Below are positions 45,381 to 56,515 of a DNA stretch of 58,041 nt, piece by piece (the stretch's first letter is position 1; each line of letters opens with the position of its first letter). Origin of the DNA: an uncultured Erysipelotrichaceae bacterium (lineage in GTDB: Bacteria > Bacillota_I > Bacilli_A > RF39 > UBA660); assembly GCA_902782835.1 (NCBI GenBank), contig CACZOQ010000004.1, forward strand, positions 1-58,041, read 5' to 3'. The position numbers were made by a program, and so were the translations under genes. The notes beneath the pieces were generated by a model that had not been told where the DNA came from, did not search any database, and was given only the letters and a program-made list of their open reading frames with translations.

Positions 45381-47621
45381 ATGAGAACAAATGATGAATG
45401 GAGAAACTTTAATGATGGAGAGTGGTGCTACGAAATAAATGTTAGTGACTTCATTAAAAGAAACTATAAAGCATACACCGGAGGAGAGGATTTTCTTGCG
45501 GGGCCGACGAAGAAAACCAAAAAAATATTAAAAGTATACGAAGATGTATGCAAAGAAGAAGTAAAAAAACACGTAATTGATATAGATACTAAAACTCCAG
45601 CAGGAATCAATGCTTTTAAACCTGGATATATCTCAGAAGATGATAATGTTATTGTAGGTCTTCAAACAGATGCTCTATGTAAAAGAAGTATTGTTCCTAA
45701 AGGTGGTTTAAGAATGATTTATGAAGAGTTAGATGCCTATAATTACAAAATGGATAAAGACTTAGATCACTTTTTAAATACGAATTTAGTAAAAACACAT
45801 AATGATGGAGTATTTGATGCTTATACAAAAGAAATTAGAACAGCTCGTCATGTTAAATTGTTGACTGGTCTTCCAGATGCCTATGGGCGTGGTAGAATCA
45901 TAGGAGACTATAGAAGATTAGCTCTTTATGGAACAGAAAAACTAATGGCTGAAAAATATAAAGAATGGGATCAAATGAAAATCAATGTCATGGATCAAGA
46001 TACCATTCGTCTTCGTGAAGAAATAGCCATGCAATATAAAGCTTTAAACGAAATAAAAGAAATGGCTGAAAGCTATGGATTTGATATTTCTGAACCAGCA
46101 AAAAACGCCAAAGAAGCAGTTCAATGGACATACTTTGGTTATCTAGCAGCAATTAAAGAAAATAATGGTGCTGCAATGTCTATTGGAAGAGTAGATGCAT
46201 TCTTTGATATTTATTTTGAAAGAGACTTTGCCGAAGGTACTTTAACAGAAGAAGAAGCACAAGAAATCATAGATAACTTTGTTATAAAGTTAAGAGCGGC
46301 ACGACACTTAAGAACGCCAGAATATGATGAATTATTCTCTGGTGATCCTACATGGGTAACTTGTTCCCTAGGAGGTATGACGAAAGAAGGAAACACTATG
46401 GTTAATAAAACTTCCTTCCGTATTGTTCATACTCTAGAAAATCTAGGAAGTGCTCCTGAACCAAATCTAACAATTCTATGGGCTCAAGGACTTCCAGAGC
46501 CATGGAAAAAATATTGTGCTAAAATCAGTATCGAAACAGATTCTATTCAATATGAAAATGATGACTTAATGAGAAATTCAATGGGTGATGATTATGCAAT
46601 TGCATGCTGTGTTTCTTGTATGCGAGAAGGAAAAGATATGCAATTCTTTGGTGCCCGTTGTAATTTAGCCAAAGCTTTATTATATTCAATCAATGGTGGA
46701 ATTGATGAAAACAAAAGACAATTAGTAATTTCCGGCTTTGATATTATGAAAGATGAATACTTAGACTATGAAAAAGTAAAGAAAAGTTATTGGAAAATGT
46801 TAAAAGAAATTGCTAGAATCTATTCAGATGCTATGAACATTATTCACTATATGCATGATAAATATGCTTATGAAGCAGGCCAAATGGCACTTCACGATAC
46901 AAACGTAAATCGTCTAATGGCCTATGGAGTAGCTGGTTTTTCAGTAGCGGTTGATTCCCTATCAGCAATAAAATATGCCAAAGTAAAGCCAATTAGAGAT
47001 GAACAAGGAATTGCTATTGATTTTGAAATTGAAGGGGATTACCCAAAATATGGAAATGATGATGATCGAGTAGATGAAATTGGTAAAGAATTACTTGAAA
47101 AATTCTATAAAGAACTATCTACTCATCCATGTTATCGAAATGCAACACCTACTTTATCAGTACTTACAATCACATCAAATGTTGTATATGGACAAAATAC
47201 GGGTGCCACTCCAGATGGTAGAAAAGCAGGAATTCCTTTTGCCCCAGGTGCTAACCCAATGCATGGAAGAGACTCTTCTGGAGCCATTGCTTCCCTAAAT
47301 TCAGTTGCCAAACTAGATTGGGAAAATTGTTGTAGAGACGGTATATCAAATACATTCTCTATCATTCCTGAATCTCTAGGAAAAAAAGAAGAAGATCGAA
47401 TTAACAACTTAGTTCAATTATTAAATGGTTATTTTGCCAAAGGTGCTCATCATCTAAATGTTAATGTTTTAAACCGCGAAACACTAATTGACGCAATGGA
47501 GAACCCAGATAAATATCCACTTCTTACAATCCGTGTTTCAGGATATGCTGTACGATTTAATAAATTAACGAAAAAGCAACAAGAAGAAGTAATCTCAAGA
47601 ACATTCCATGAATCACTATAA
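45381..47621 (+). CDS. pflB: pyruvate formate-lyase (formate C-acetyltransferase)
   Basis: 746 aa. Active-site IACCVSCM and glycyl-radical motif [25 protein letters not shown]. Confidence 0.96.
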   Translation: MRTNDEWRNFNDGEWCYEINVSDFIKRNYKAYTGGEDFLAGPTKKTKKILKVYEDVCKEEVKKHVIDIDTKTPAGINAFKPGYISEDDNVIVGLQTDALCKRSIVPKGGLRMIYEELDAYNYKMDKDLDHFLNTNLVKTHNDGVFDAYTKEIRTARHVKLLTGLPDAYGRGRIIGDYRRLALYGTEKLMAEKYKEWDQMKINVMDQDTIRLREEIAMQYKALNEIKEMAESYGFDISEPAKNAKEAVQWTYFGYLAAIKENNGAAMSIGRVDAFFDIYFERDFAEGTLTEEEAQEIIDNFVIKLRAARHLRTPEYDELFSGDPTWVTCSLGGMTKEGNTMVNKTSFRIVHTLENLGSAPEPNLTILWAQGLPEPWKKYCAKISIETDSIQYENDDLMRNSMGDDYAIACCVSCMREGKDMQFFGARCNLAKALLYSINGGIDENKRQLVISGFDIMKDEYLDYEKVKKSYWKMLKEIARIYSDAMNIIHYMHDKYAYEAGQMALHDTNVNRLMAYGVAGFSVAVDSLSAIKYAKVKPIRDEQGIAIDFEIEGDYPKYGNDDDRVDEIGKELLEKFYKELSTHPCYRNATPTLSVLTITSNVVYGQNTGATPDGRKAGIPFAPGANPMHGRDSSGAIASLNSVAKLDWENCCRDGISNTFSIIPESLGKKEEDRINNLVQLLNGYFAKGAHHLNVNVLNRETLIDAMENPDKYPLLTIRVSGYAVRFNKLTKKQQEEVISRTFHESL

Positions 47622-48346
47622 TGAAAGCAGCCATTAATAAAATAGAAACATTTGGACTAGTAGATGGCCCAGGAATTCGTACAGTAATTTTCTTTCAAGG
47701 ATGTCATTTACGCTGTAAATTTTGTCATAATCCAGAATCTTGGGAAAAACAAAAAGGAACAACCGATACCGATGAAATCATAGAAAAAATATTAAGAAAT
47801 AAGCCCTATTTCCAACAAAATGGAGGAGTTACATTTTCAGGAGGAGAACCTCTTCTTCAAAAAGATGTATTAATAGAACTATGTAAAAAACTAAAAGATG
47901 AGAAAATTCATATTGCTTTAGATACAGCTGGGATCGGAGATGGAGATTACAAAGAACTATTAGAATACGTCGACTTAGTATTGTTAGATGTTAAGCATAT
48001 AACAAAAGAAGGATTTCATAATATTACACAAACAGATTATCAAAATAAATTTTTCGAATTTGTAAAACAATTAAATCAATCAAATACAGAAGTATGGATT
48101 AGACAAGTTATTATTCCAGATGAAAATGACAATATCGAATATACAACACAACTAGCAAATTTCATTAAACAAAACATTCTAAATGTTACAAAAATTGAAT
48201 TTCTTCCATTTCATACCATGGCTTTTGAAAAATATAGTGAAAGAAACATTAAAAATCCATATTTAACAAAACCTGCTATGGATAAAGTAAAATGTGAAGA
48301 ATTAGAAAAGAAATGTATAGAAATATATAAAAAAGAGTTTTCTTAA
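47621..48346 (+). CDS. pflA: pyruvate formate-lyase activating enzyme (radical SAM)
   Basis: GCHLRCKFCHNPES cluster motif and GGVTFSGGEPLLQ. The start overlaps the pflB stop (TAATG). Confidence 0.93.
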   Translation: MKAAINKIETFGLVDGPGIRTVIFFQGCHLRCKFCHNPESWEKQKGTTDTDEIIEKILRNKPYFQQNGGVTFSGGEPLLQKDVLIELCKKLKDEKIHIALDTAGIGDGDYKELLEYVDLVLLDVKHITKEGFHNITQTDYQNKFFEFVKQLNQSNTEVWIRQVIIPDENDNIEYTTQLANFIKQNILNVTKIEFLPFHTMAFEKYSERNIKNPYLTKPAMDKVKCEELEKKCIEIYKKEFS

Positions 48347-48361
48347 AAACTCTTTTTTTTA
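48331..48361. terminator. bidirectional terminator between pflA and smpB
   Basis: AAAGAGTTT-TCTTAA-AAACTCTTT followed by TTTTTT. Confidence 0.75.
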
Positions 48362-48799
48362 TACATATTTTTTTAAATTCTTTTGTACGTCTCGCTTAAT
48401 ATCTCTCTCTTTAATCGACTCTCTCTTATCATAAGTCTTTTTACCACGACAAACTCCTAAAAGGATTTTAAATTTATTCTCTTTAAAATACCCTTTTAAA
48501 GGGATCAAAGTAAGTCCTTGAGTAGTAATAGCTTCTTCAATTTTCTTTATTTCTTTTTTATGAAGTAATAATTTTCGACTTCTAGTTTCTGCATGATTAA
48601 ATAGATTTCCTTCTTTATAAACTCCTATATACATATTTAAAAGAAACACTTCTCCATTTTTTACAATTCCATAACAATCTTTAATATTGCAATTACCATT
48701 TCGAATTGATTTAATCTCCGTACCAGTTAAAGCAATTCCTGCTTCGTACTCTTCTTCAACAAAATAATCAAATTTTGCTTTTCGATTGAATATTTCCAT
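48359..48799 (-). CDS. smpB: SsrA-binding protein
   Basis: NRKAKFDYFVEEEYEAGIALTGTEIKSIR and the C-terminal basic tail. Confidence 0.95.
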   Translation of the reverse strand: MEIFNRKAKFDYFVEEEYEAGIALTGTEIKSIRNGNCNIKDCYGIVKNGEVFLLNMYIGVYKEGNLFNHAETRSRKLLLHKKEIKKIEEAITTQGLTLIPLKGYFKENKFKILLGVCRGKKTYDKRESIKERDIKRDVQKNLKKYV

Positions 48800-48800
48800 T

Positions 48801-50006
48801 TTATCCCTCCCCTGAAAGTCCCCAAGTTAAATCAGGATATCTCTCATTAACAATAGCTTTATATTTTTCATAATATGTATTATATCCTCGCAACTTACTA
48901 TCATCTAATTGAGGATAAGGAACTACTTTAAAATCATGATTTACACCACCACGTGGAGTAGTAGTTGTATAGACTAACTGAGCTTTTGGATTAATAACAG
49001 TATTGGTAATTTGATCATTAATATCCACGTATTTATTCAAAGTAACTTCAAAAGCAAGGCCAGTGAAATTATCAACATCATTTTGATCACTAATAAAATT
49101 ACCCAAAGAATATACAACAAAAGTCTTACCATCATTAATAGATTCCACAGTCTGAATAACATGTGGATGTGCTCCTATAATTAAATCTACACCAAGATTC
49201 GATAAAGTATTAGCAATTTCCTCTTGTTTATTATCTACACGGAAAGAATACTCTGTTCCCCAATGCATTGCAACAATCACAAAATCAACTTGATCTCGCA
49301 CTTTTGCTATATCAGCTGCCGCTTTTTCATCACTATATTCATTATTCAAATAAGATTTTCCTGCAGGCGTTGGTAGACCATTATTCCAAATAGTATAAGA
49401 AATAAATGCATATTTAATATGATTTACTTCATATACTTTGGCAATCGAAGCTTCCCTCTCTTCTTCACTACTCCATTGTCCAGAAGTAACAACATCACCA
49501 TGTTCCTTCCAATATGCAACTGAATTTAAAACACCTTGTTCACGTTTATCCATCGTATGATTTGTCGCTAAAGAAACCATATTAAATCCAGCATCTATAA
49601 AGGCATCCCCTACTTCCTGTGGTGAATTAAACATCGGATAACTCGAATACCCTAAACTAGCTCCTCCAAGAATCGTTTCTTGATTATAATAAGCAATATC
49701 ATATTTAGAAGAAATCGGTTTAATAGCCTCTAGCATTGGTTTAAAATCATAAGATCCATCACTCTTTTTTGCATCATTATAAACACCCCAATGAATCAAT
49801 GCATCTCCAACCATAAACACTTTTGCTTGATACGTTTGCGGTTGTTTTTTCTTCTCAACGGGTTTTTCTTTAGGAATAATCTTTTTTTCACTTAAACGAG
49901 AAAAGTCAAGATAATCTAAAGCAAAGACTCCTAAAACAACAGCTAAAATAAGAACCAATAATATTCTACCACTTTTTTTTACTCGTACTTTTCTCTTTTT
50001 ACTCAT
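48801..50006 (-). CDS. membrane-anchored CapA-family metallophosphoesterase-like protein
   Basis: TM anchor. VSLATNHTMD, VAMHWGTEYS, IIGAHPHVIQ are typical of CapA/PGA_cap. Confidence 0.75.
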   Translation of the reverse strand: MSKKRKVRVKKSGRILLVLILAVVLGVFALDYLDFSRLSEKKIIPKEKPVEKKKQPQTYQAKVFMVGDALIHWGVYNDAKKSDGSYDFKPMLEAIKPISSKYDIAYYNQETILGGASLGYSSYPMFNSPQEVGDAFIDAGFNMVSLATNHTMDKREQGVLNSVAYWKEHGDVVTSGQWSSEEEREASIAKVYEVNHIKYAFISYTIWNNGLPTPAGKSYLNNEYSDEKAAADIAKVRDQVDFVIVAMHWGTEYSFRVDNKQEEIANTLSNLGVDLIIGAHPHVIQTVESINDGKTFVVYSLGNFISDQNDVDNFTGLAFEVTLNKYVDINDQITNTVINPKAQLVYTTTTPRGGVNHDFKVVPYPQLDDSKLRGYNTYYEKYKAIVNERYPDLTWGLSGEG

Positions 50007-50007
50007 A

Positions 50008-52128
50008 TTATGATACCTTCCTTACTATTTCAAAATCAATTGTTCTTTCTTCTTTAGAAGCACGTACAACTTTCACAATAACAGTTTCTCCAATAGAATA
50101 TTTTACATGACTTCTCTCCCCTGTCAAGGTCATATGTTCTTCATCAAAATGGAAAAAGTCATTCATATCCTTAATAGGGACTAATCCTTCAATTAAATTT
50201 GGTAGTTCAACAAACATTCCAAAACTAGTAACAGAAGAAATCATACCCTCAAATTCTTCACCAATATGTTTCTCCATATATTCAGCCATTTTCATATCAT
50301 CCACTTCACGTTCACAATCAACAGAAGCTCTTTCTTTTTCTGAAGAATGATCTGCTATATAGATAAGTTTTTCTTCCCACTTTCTAATCGTATCCATATC
50401 CATCTTACCATCAAATAAATAGGTATGTAATAAACGATGAACCGTAGTATCCGGATATCGACGAATTGGTGACGTAAAATGAGTATAGCAACTACTAGCT
50501 AAACCATAGTGACCTAAATTTTCTGGTTTATAAACTGCTTTTTGCATACTTCTAAGAAGTAATGATGATAGTATTTTATACTCTGGCTTATCCTGTAACT
50601 GTTCTAGAATAGCCTGAACAGTCGTAGGTTTAACATCTTTGATATTTCCACGAATAGAATATCCTAAACCACTCACGAAGCTTAAGAAACTTCGAATCTT
50701 CTCTTCCTTTGGATACTCATGAACACGATAGATAAATGGTAAATTCATAAAGTATATATGAGTTGCAACACATTCATTAGCAGCAATCATAAAATCCTCT
50801 ATCAATTTTTCTCCTGTTCCACGATCTCTTAAAATTACATCTGTTGGAACACCTTTATCATCAACCAAAATTTTAGCTTCATCAACCTCAAAATCAATAT
50901 AGCCTCTTCTTTCTTTCATTTTACGCAAGATAGAAGCAAACTCAGCCATTAATTTTAAAGAATCAACATATTCTTCATAACCTTCTGGAACAATATTCTT
51001 TTCTAAAATACTATTAACTTTCTTATAAGTCATTTGAATTCTAGAACGGATAATACTTGGAAAAATCTCATAACTTAATTGTTTTCCAGCATCATCAAAT
51101 TCCATAACACAAGAAACTGCTAATCGGTCCACATTTGGATTTAAAGAACAAATTCCATTAGATAATTCATGAGGTAACATAGGAATTACGCGATCAACTA
51201 AATATACACTAGTTCCACGGTCTAATGCTTCATTATCCAAAGGACTTCCTTCTTTTACATAATAACTAACATCAGCAATATGAACACCTAATTCATAATG
51301 TCCATTAGGTAGTCTTTTAATCGAAATAGCATCATCAATATCCTTCGTATCATCTCCATCAATCGTAAAAATCATCTCATCCCGTAAATCTCTTCGATTC
51401 TTGCGATCACTATCTAATACCTCCATTGGCATTTCAGACACTTCTTTTTTTACTTCATCTGGAAAATCAATATTAATATTATATTTATAAACAATAGATA
51501 AAATATCAACTCCCGGATCATTAACATGACCAATAATCTCTACTACTTTCCCCTCATATCGACCAATATTATTAATCTTTTTAGTTAGTTCTACTACTAC
51601 TTTATGACCATCAACTGCATTCAAAGTATGGTCCTTAGGTATTTCGATTTCTAGTTTAATCTTAGAATCATCTAATATAATATGTCCTTCTCCCTTAGCA
51701 TCAAAATGAATAACACCAATGTACCTTTGAATTCTTCTCTCAACAATCCGTAAAACTCTTCCTTCTAAACGATCTAAATTCATCTTACTCGTAATTTCAA
51801 CTAAAACAATATCATCATGAATAGCCCCATTCATATGATCTGAAGCAATATAAATATCATCATCTAAATCATCCACTTCAACAAAGCCAAAACCTTTTTT
51901 ATTAACTCTCATGATTCCTTTACGAAGATGACTCTTTTCAATCATCATATACTTGTCCTTATTAGATCGATAAATAATAACTTCATCTTCTAACTTTTGA
52001 AGTTCCTCTAATAACAAAGAAATCTCTTCAGAAGAAGTAATACCTAATAAATCCTGTAATTCATAAATATCTACCGCTTTATCACAATTTTTTAATACAT
52101 TAATAATATTATCTCTCACATATATCAC
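50008..52128 (-). CDS. rnr: ribonuclease R
   Basis: FTIDGDDTKDIDDAISI, HFTSPIRRYPDTTVHRLL, S1 domain EFEGMISSVTSFGMFVEL. secG-rnr-smpB synteny. Confidence 0.95.
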   Translation of the reverse strand: MIYVRDNIINVLKNCDKAVDIYELQDLLGITSSEEISLLLEELQKLEDEVIIYRSNKDKYMMIEKSHLRKGIMRVNKKGFGFVEVDDLDDDIYIASDHMNGAIHDDIVLVEITSKMNLDRLEGRVLRIVERRIQRYIGVIHFDAKGEGHIILDDSKIKLEIEIPKDHTLNAVDGHKVVVELTKKINNIGRYEGKVVEIIGHVNDPGVDILSIVYKYNINIDFPDEVKKEVSEMPMEVLDSDRKNRRDLRDEMIFTIDGDDTKDIDDAISIKRLPNGHYELGVHIADVSYYVKEGSPLDNEALDRGTSVYLVDRVIPMLPHELSNGICSLNPNVDRLAVSCVMEFDDAGKQLSYEIFPSIIRSRIQMTYKKVNSILEKNIVPEGYEEYVDSLKLMAEFASILRKMKERRGYIDFEVDEAKILVDDKGVPTDVILRDRGTGEKLIEDFMIAANECVATHIYFMNLPFIYRVHEYPKEEKIRSFLSFVSGLGYSIRGNIKDVKPTTVQAILEQLQDKPEYKILSSLLLRSMQKAVYKPENLGHYGLASSCYTHFTSPIRRYPDTTVHRLLHTYLFDGKMDMDTIRKWEEKLIYIADHSSEKERASVDCEREVDDMKMAEYMEKHIGEEFEGMISSVTSFGMFVELPNLIEGLVPIKDMNDFFHFDEEHMTLTGERSHVKYSIGETVIVKVVRASKEERTIDFEIVRKVS

Positions 52129-52199
52129 CCTCTATCTTAATTATACTGTATTTCAAATGAGAGTACCAGCCTTTTTCCAAAAGAAAAGGACCATAGGTC

Positions 52200-52415
52200 C
52201 TAAAAAAACATTGATATAAAACAGATTGCGAAAAAAGCAAGTCCTAATAAAGCAGTAATACGAGTAATAACCAACTCAGAACCTCTTTCCTTACGATTCG
52301 CAAACAATTCACTTTGACCCCCAGAAATAATTTGAGGACCACCATCCGCTTTACCACTTTGTAATAAAACAAGAATAATTAATAAAATGGATATAACTAA
52401 TAATGCAATTTCCAT
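52200..52415 (-). CDS. secG: preprotein translocase subunit SecG
   Basis: MEIALLVISILLIILVLLQSGKADGG. Start moved to the ATG after GGAGGG. Confidence 0.85.
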   Translation of the reverse strand: MEIALLVISILLIILVLLQSGKADGGPQIISGGQSELFANRKERGSELVITRITALLGLAFFAICFISMFF

Positions 52416-52500
52416 GTAATCCCTCCATAACAGTAACAATATAATACCATAAAACAAATAGGATTGCAAGAAAATCAAGTCATAAACCTGCTAATACTCC

Positions 52501-53499
52501 CTATTTTGTCGCTTGTTCAACAGCAACTGCTACTGAAACTGTAGCTCCAACCATAGGATTATTTCCCATACCAATTAATCCCATCATTTCAACATGAGCA
52601 GGAACAGAAGATGAACCAGCAAATTGTGCATCACTATGCATTCTTCCCATAGTATCGGTCATACCATAAGAAGCAGGTCCGGCAGCCATGTTATCAGGAT
52701 GAAGAGTTCTACCAGTTCCACCACCAGATGCAACAGAAAAGTATTTCTTACCTTTTTCTATACACTCTTTCTTATAGGTTCCAGCAACAGGATGTTGGAA
52801 TCTTGTAGGATTGGTAGAATTACCAGTAATAGAAACATCAACATCTTCTAAATGCATAATTGCTACACCTTCACGAACATCATTTGCTCCATAGCAACGA
52901 ACCTTTCCTCTTTCCCCATCAGAATATGGAATTTCTTCAACAACTTTTACTTGACCTGTAAAAAAGTCAAAATCAGTCTTAACATAAGTAAATCCATTAA
53001 TACGAGAAATAATTTGAGCAGCATCTTTACCAAGCCCATTTAAAATAACTCTTAATGGTTCTTTTCTAACTTTATTAGCATTCTTAGCAATACCAATTGC
53101 TCCTTCTGCAGCAGCAAAAGATTCATGTCCAGCTAAAAAAGCAAAACATTTTGTATCTTCTGATAATAACATAGATGCAAGATTTCCATGGCCTAAACCA
53201 ACTTTACGGTCATCTGCTACACTACCAGGAATACAAAAAGCCTGTAATCCTTCACCAATTGCCTTAGCAGCATCAGCAGCCTTAGTTCTACCAGATTTAA
53301 TAGCAATAGCAGCTCCTAATGTATATGCCCAACATGCATTTTCAAAACAAATTGGTTGTACGTTTTTTACGATTTCATATGGATCAAACCCTAAATCTGT
53401 ACAAATCTTTCTAGCATCATCAAAATCTTTAATACCATATTTTTCCATAACAGGTTTAATTTGATCAATTCTTCTTTCATAACTTTCAAATAATGCCAT
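52501..53499 (-). CDS. GGGtGRT-motif protein, function unknown
   Basis: 332 aa with FSVASGGGTGRTLHPDN and a conserved-looking C-terminus MGRMHSDAQFAGSSSVPAHVEMMGLIGMGNNPMVGATV. I recall this family name from annotation, but no search was run. Confidence 0.6.
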   Translation of the reverse strand: MALFESYERRIDQIKPVMEKYGIKDFDDARKICTDLGFDPYEIVKNVQPICFENACWAYTLGAAIAIKSGRTKAADAAKAIGEGLQAFCIPGSVADDRKVGLGHGNLASMLLSEDTKCFAFLAGHESFAAAEGAIGIAKNANKVRKEPLRVILNGLGKDAAQIISRINGFTYVKTDFDFFTGQVKVVEEIPYSDGERGKVRCYGANDVREGVAIMHLEDVDVSITGNSTNPTRFQHPVAGTYKKECIEKGKKYFSVASGGGTGRTLHPDNMAAGPASYGMTDTMGRMHSDAQFAGSSSVPAHVEMMGLIGMGNNPMVGATVSVAVAVEQATK

Positions 53500-53504
53500 A
53501 ATCT

Positions 53505-54194
53505 CTACTCCTCTCTAGGGTCAATTTTCTTAACCGCTTCGTCAAATCGTCCATATGTACCACTAGCTTTTTCAATTGCTTCCATTGGGTCCATTTCTTT
53601 TTTAATATTTTCCATCATCTTACCTAGATTAACATATTTATAACCAATAATTTGATTATCTTTATCTAATCCAATCTCAACAATATATCCTTCTGCTAAT
53701 TCTAGATATCTTGGACCTTTGGATTTTGTTGAATAAATCGTTCCAACTTGACTTCTTGTTCCTTTTCCTAGATCCTCAAGCCCTGCGCCAATTGGAAGAC
53801 CACCTTCTGAAAAAGCAGATTGGCTACGACCATAAACAATTTGTAAAAATAATTCACGCATCGCTGTATTAATAGCATCACATACTAAATCCGTATTTAA
53901 TGCTTCTAGTATTGTTTTTCCAACTAATATTTCACCCGCCATAGCAGCACTATGGGTCATTCCACTACATCCAATTGTCTCTACTAAAGCTTCTTGAATA
54001 ATACCTTCCTTTATATTTAATGTAAGCTTACAAGCTCCCTGTTGTGGTGCACACCAACCAATTCCATGTGTTAGACCAGAAATATCTTTGATTTCTTTAG
54101 CCTGAACCCATTTTCCTTCTTCAGGAATAGGAGCTGCGCCATGACTAATACCCTTAACAGGGCACATATTTTCTACTTCTTTTGAATAAATCAT
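53505..54194 (-). CDS. IscU/NifU-N-like domain protein with C-terminal extension
   Basis: YSKEVENMC..IGWCAPQQGACKLTLNIKEGIIQEALVETIGCSGMTHSAAMAGEILVGKTILEAL parallels the IscU pattern GAPACGD..KLQI..GCGSAIASSS..GKT..EA. Confidence 0.6.
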   Translation of the reverse strand: MIYSKEVENMCPVKGISHGAAPIPEEGKWVQAKEIKDISGLTHGIGWCAPQQGACKLTLNIKEGIIQEALVETIGCSGMTHSAAMAGEILVGKTILEALNTDLVCDAINTAMRELFLQIVYGRSQSAFSEGGLPIGAGLEDLGKGTRSQVGTIYSTKSKGPRYLELAEGYIVEIGLDKDNQIIGYKYVNLGKMMENIKKEMDPMEAIEKASGTYGRFDEAVKKIDPREE

Positions 54195-54217
54195 AAATCC
54201 TCCTTATTACATAAGAT

Positions 54218-54246
54218 ATTTTAACATAAATTATTGTTACAATCAA
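54218..54246 (-). promoter_or_regulatory. candidate sigma-A promoter for the IscU-like/GGGtGRT pair
   Basis: Minus strand TTGATT, 17 nt spacer, TAAAAT. Confidence 0.45.
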
Positions 54247-54255
54247 TTTAACCAA

Positions 54256-55005
54256 CTAACTATTTAGTATTTCAAAACTTCTATCAATATAACGATCATC
54301 TAGACGATTGATAATCTCAATTTTCCCTTCCACAGAAGCTGTGGAAATTAAATGAGCATTTTCTAATTGATGTTTCACTTCCCTTGCAACACCATTGCCA
54401 CCGTCTAATAAAGCAACACCAGGTAATACTTTTTTAAATACATCCGAAACAAGAGGATAATGAGTACATCCCAGTACAACAGAATCCACCTTTCCTCGAT
54501 ATTTACCTAAAGTTTTTTCCAAAAAATCATATATTTCTTGTTTTTTATCTAATTCAATTAAATTCGCCAAATTTTCACCAGATACATTAATTATTTCTTG
54601 TTCAGGTGAATGATAATCATGAATTAATTCCTGAACCCTCTTTGATTGAGTAGTATAAGGCGTTGACAAAATAATCGTATGCTTATAATGATGATCGTAA
54701 GCAACTTTAATTGCGGGAACAGTACCAACAAAAATAACATTTGGATACATTTTTCGTAGTGTTTTCATACAACATGTAGTAGCAGTATTACAAGCAATCA
54801 CAATAATTTTACAATTTCTTTCCAATAAATAATCCACAATCTGAGAAGTAATTTGAATCAACTCTTCCTCACTTTTTACTCCATATGGATTATGAATACT
54901 GTCTTCATAAAAAATATAATTCTCATTTGGTAAAACTTTTCTTAACTCCTTCAAAACAGACAATCCACCCAAACCAGAATCAAATACTCCTATTGGTCCG
55001 TTCAT
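54256..55005 (-). CDS. murI: glutamate racemase
   Basis: GVFDSGLGGLSVL, IACNTATT, LGCTHYPL. Confidence 0.93.
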   Translation of the reverse strand: MNGPIGVFDSGLGGLSVLKELRKVLPNENYIFYEDSIHNPYGVKSEEELIQITSQIVDYLLERNCKIIVIACNTATTCCMKTLRKMYPNVIFVGTVPAIKVAYDHHYKHTIILSTPYTTQSKRVQELIHDYHSPEQEIINVSGENLANLIELDKKQEIYDFLEKTLGKYRGKVDSVVLGCTHYPLVSDVFKKVLPGVALLDGGNGVAREVKHQLENAHLISTASVEGKIEIINRLDDRYIDRSFEILNS

Positions 55006-56357
55006 TATTGCCTCCTTAAATCATATACCTTTTGTTTAAACTCTGCTCCTCGAACTTCGCATTCTTTATATTGATCCCAACTAGCACTTGCTGGTGATAA
55101 CAAAACAACATCACCTGGTTGACTAATCTCATGAGCTTTATCAAAACCATCAGCTAAATGTTCAAAAACATAAACATCCTTCCCAATAGACTCAGCATAT
55201 TCCCGAACTCTCTCTCGACATTGGCCAATTGCAATAACGGCTTTTACCGAATCCATATAAGGATTCAAATCTTCAAACACTTGTCCACGCTCTAATCCTC
55301 CTAAAAAAAGAATGACAGGGCAATTAAAAGAAGATAAAGCGATCTGACAACACTTAATATTCGTAGCTTCAGTATCATTATAATAATCCACATCATCCAC
55401 AGTATCTACATATTCTAATCGATGTTCTACACCTGTAAAATGAGAAATAACATCTTTTATGATCTCATTAGAAACCTCATATTCTTTCACTGCTGCAATA
55501 GCAGCCATACAATTTTCTATGTTATGAATTCCTTTTATTTTTATATCATCAATACACATTACTTTATCTTGATAATAATAAATATCTCTATCTTTTAAAT
55601 AACAACCATCCACTTTTTTATGACTGGAAAAATATTTTTTAACAGAAAGAACATTTGCTAAAGTATCCATAACATCTTGATTATCATAATTCATAATAGC
55701 AATATCAGACTCTGCTTGCTGATAAAACATTCGCGCTTTTGTTTCTTTGTAATGTTCATAAGTCTTCATAAAATCTATATGAGCTTCACTAAAATTTGTA
55801 CAAACACCAACATGTGGATGAAATTGAACAAAATTCTCACCCTGCTGACAAGAACACTCCATTACAATAATATCTCCCGAACGGACAACATCTAAAATAC
55901 TAGATAAAGGAAATCCAATATTTCCAGCCAAATGAACTTTTTCTCCATAAGCTTGACGCATGATTTCATAAATAAGAGTTGTAGTCGTTGTTTTACCATT
56001 TGTTCCAGTAATACCTATAATAGAAACATTCTCAGGAAGAAGACGATAAGCCATCTCCACTTCATTAATAACTTCTATTCCTAGTTCCCGTGCTTTTAAA
56101 ACATATTTATGGTCAATCGGAACTCCTGGATTCTTAATTAAATAATCAAATGAAGAATCTAATAAGTCATCTGGATGATTCCCAAAAATTAGATTCACTC
56201 CCAAATCTCGTAATTCTTTTACTTGATTAGGATCCATTTTTTCTTCCTCTTTAGCATCATTTAAAAAAACAGTATTATGTCTAGAAATTAATAACTTGGC
56301 AGCTTGATAACCACTTCTCGCAAAACCAAGTATCAACACTTTTTTATTTTGAAACAT
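55005..56357 (-). CDS. murD: UDP-N-acetylmuramoyl-L-alanine--D-glutamate ligase
   Basis: VLILGFARSGYQAA, GITGTNGKTTTTTL, LLSPASASWDQY. Start moved to MFQNKK. Confidence 0.92.
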   Translation of the reverse strand: MFQNKKVLILGFARSGYQAAKLLISRHNTVFLNDAKEEEKMDPNQVKELRDLGVNLIFGNHPDDLLDSSFDYLIKNPGVPIDHKYVLKARELGIEVINEVEMAYRLLPENVSIIGITGTNGKTTTTTLIYEIMRQAYGEKVHLAGNIGFPLSSILDVVRSGDIIVMECSCQQGENFVQFHPHVGVCTNFSEAHIDFMKTYEHYKETKARMFYQQAESDIAIMNYDNQDVMDTLANVLSVKKYFSSHKKVDGCYLKDRDIYYYQDKVMCIDDIKIKGIHNIENCMAAIAAVKEYEVSNEIIKDVISHFTGVEHRLEYVDTVDDVDYYNDTEATNIKCCQIALSSFNCPVILFLGGLERGQVFEDLNPYMDSVKAVIAIGQCRERVREYAESIGKDVYVFEHLADGFDKAHEISQPGDVVLLSPASASWDQYKECEVRGAEFKQKVYDLRRQ

Positions 56358-56515
56358 TATATCACCAATAATAGTATACCTTATTTTTCTCGTTTTTTCA
56401 TAAAAATATAGGGATTTTAATGACATTTCACTAGACACAAATTATAAAGAACATATTGAAAGTAACTCTTTCTATATGTTATAATTAATCATAGAATAGG
56501 AAGTGGGCATAAGAA

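Noticed and set aside
45163-45384. 73-aa plus-strand ORF from the track
   Set aside because: It lies on top of the tmRNA 5' domain and the ssrA/pflB promoter region and has no RBS. The tmRNA explains the sequence.
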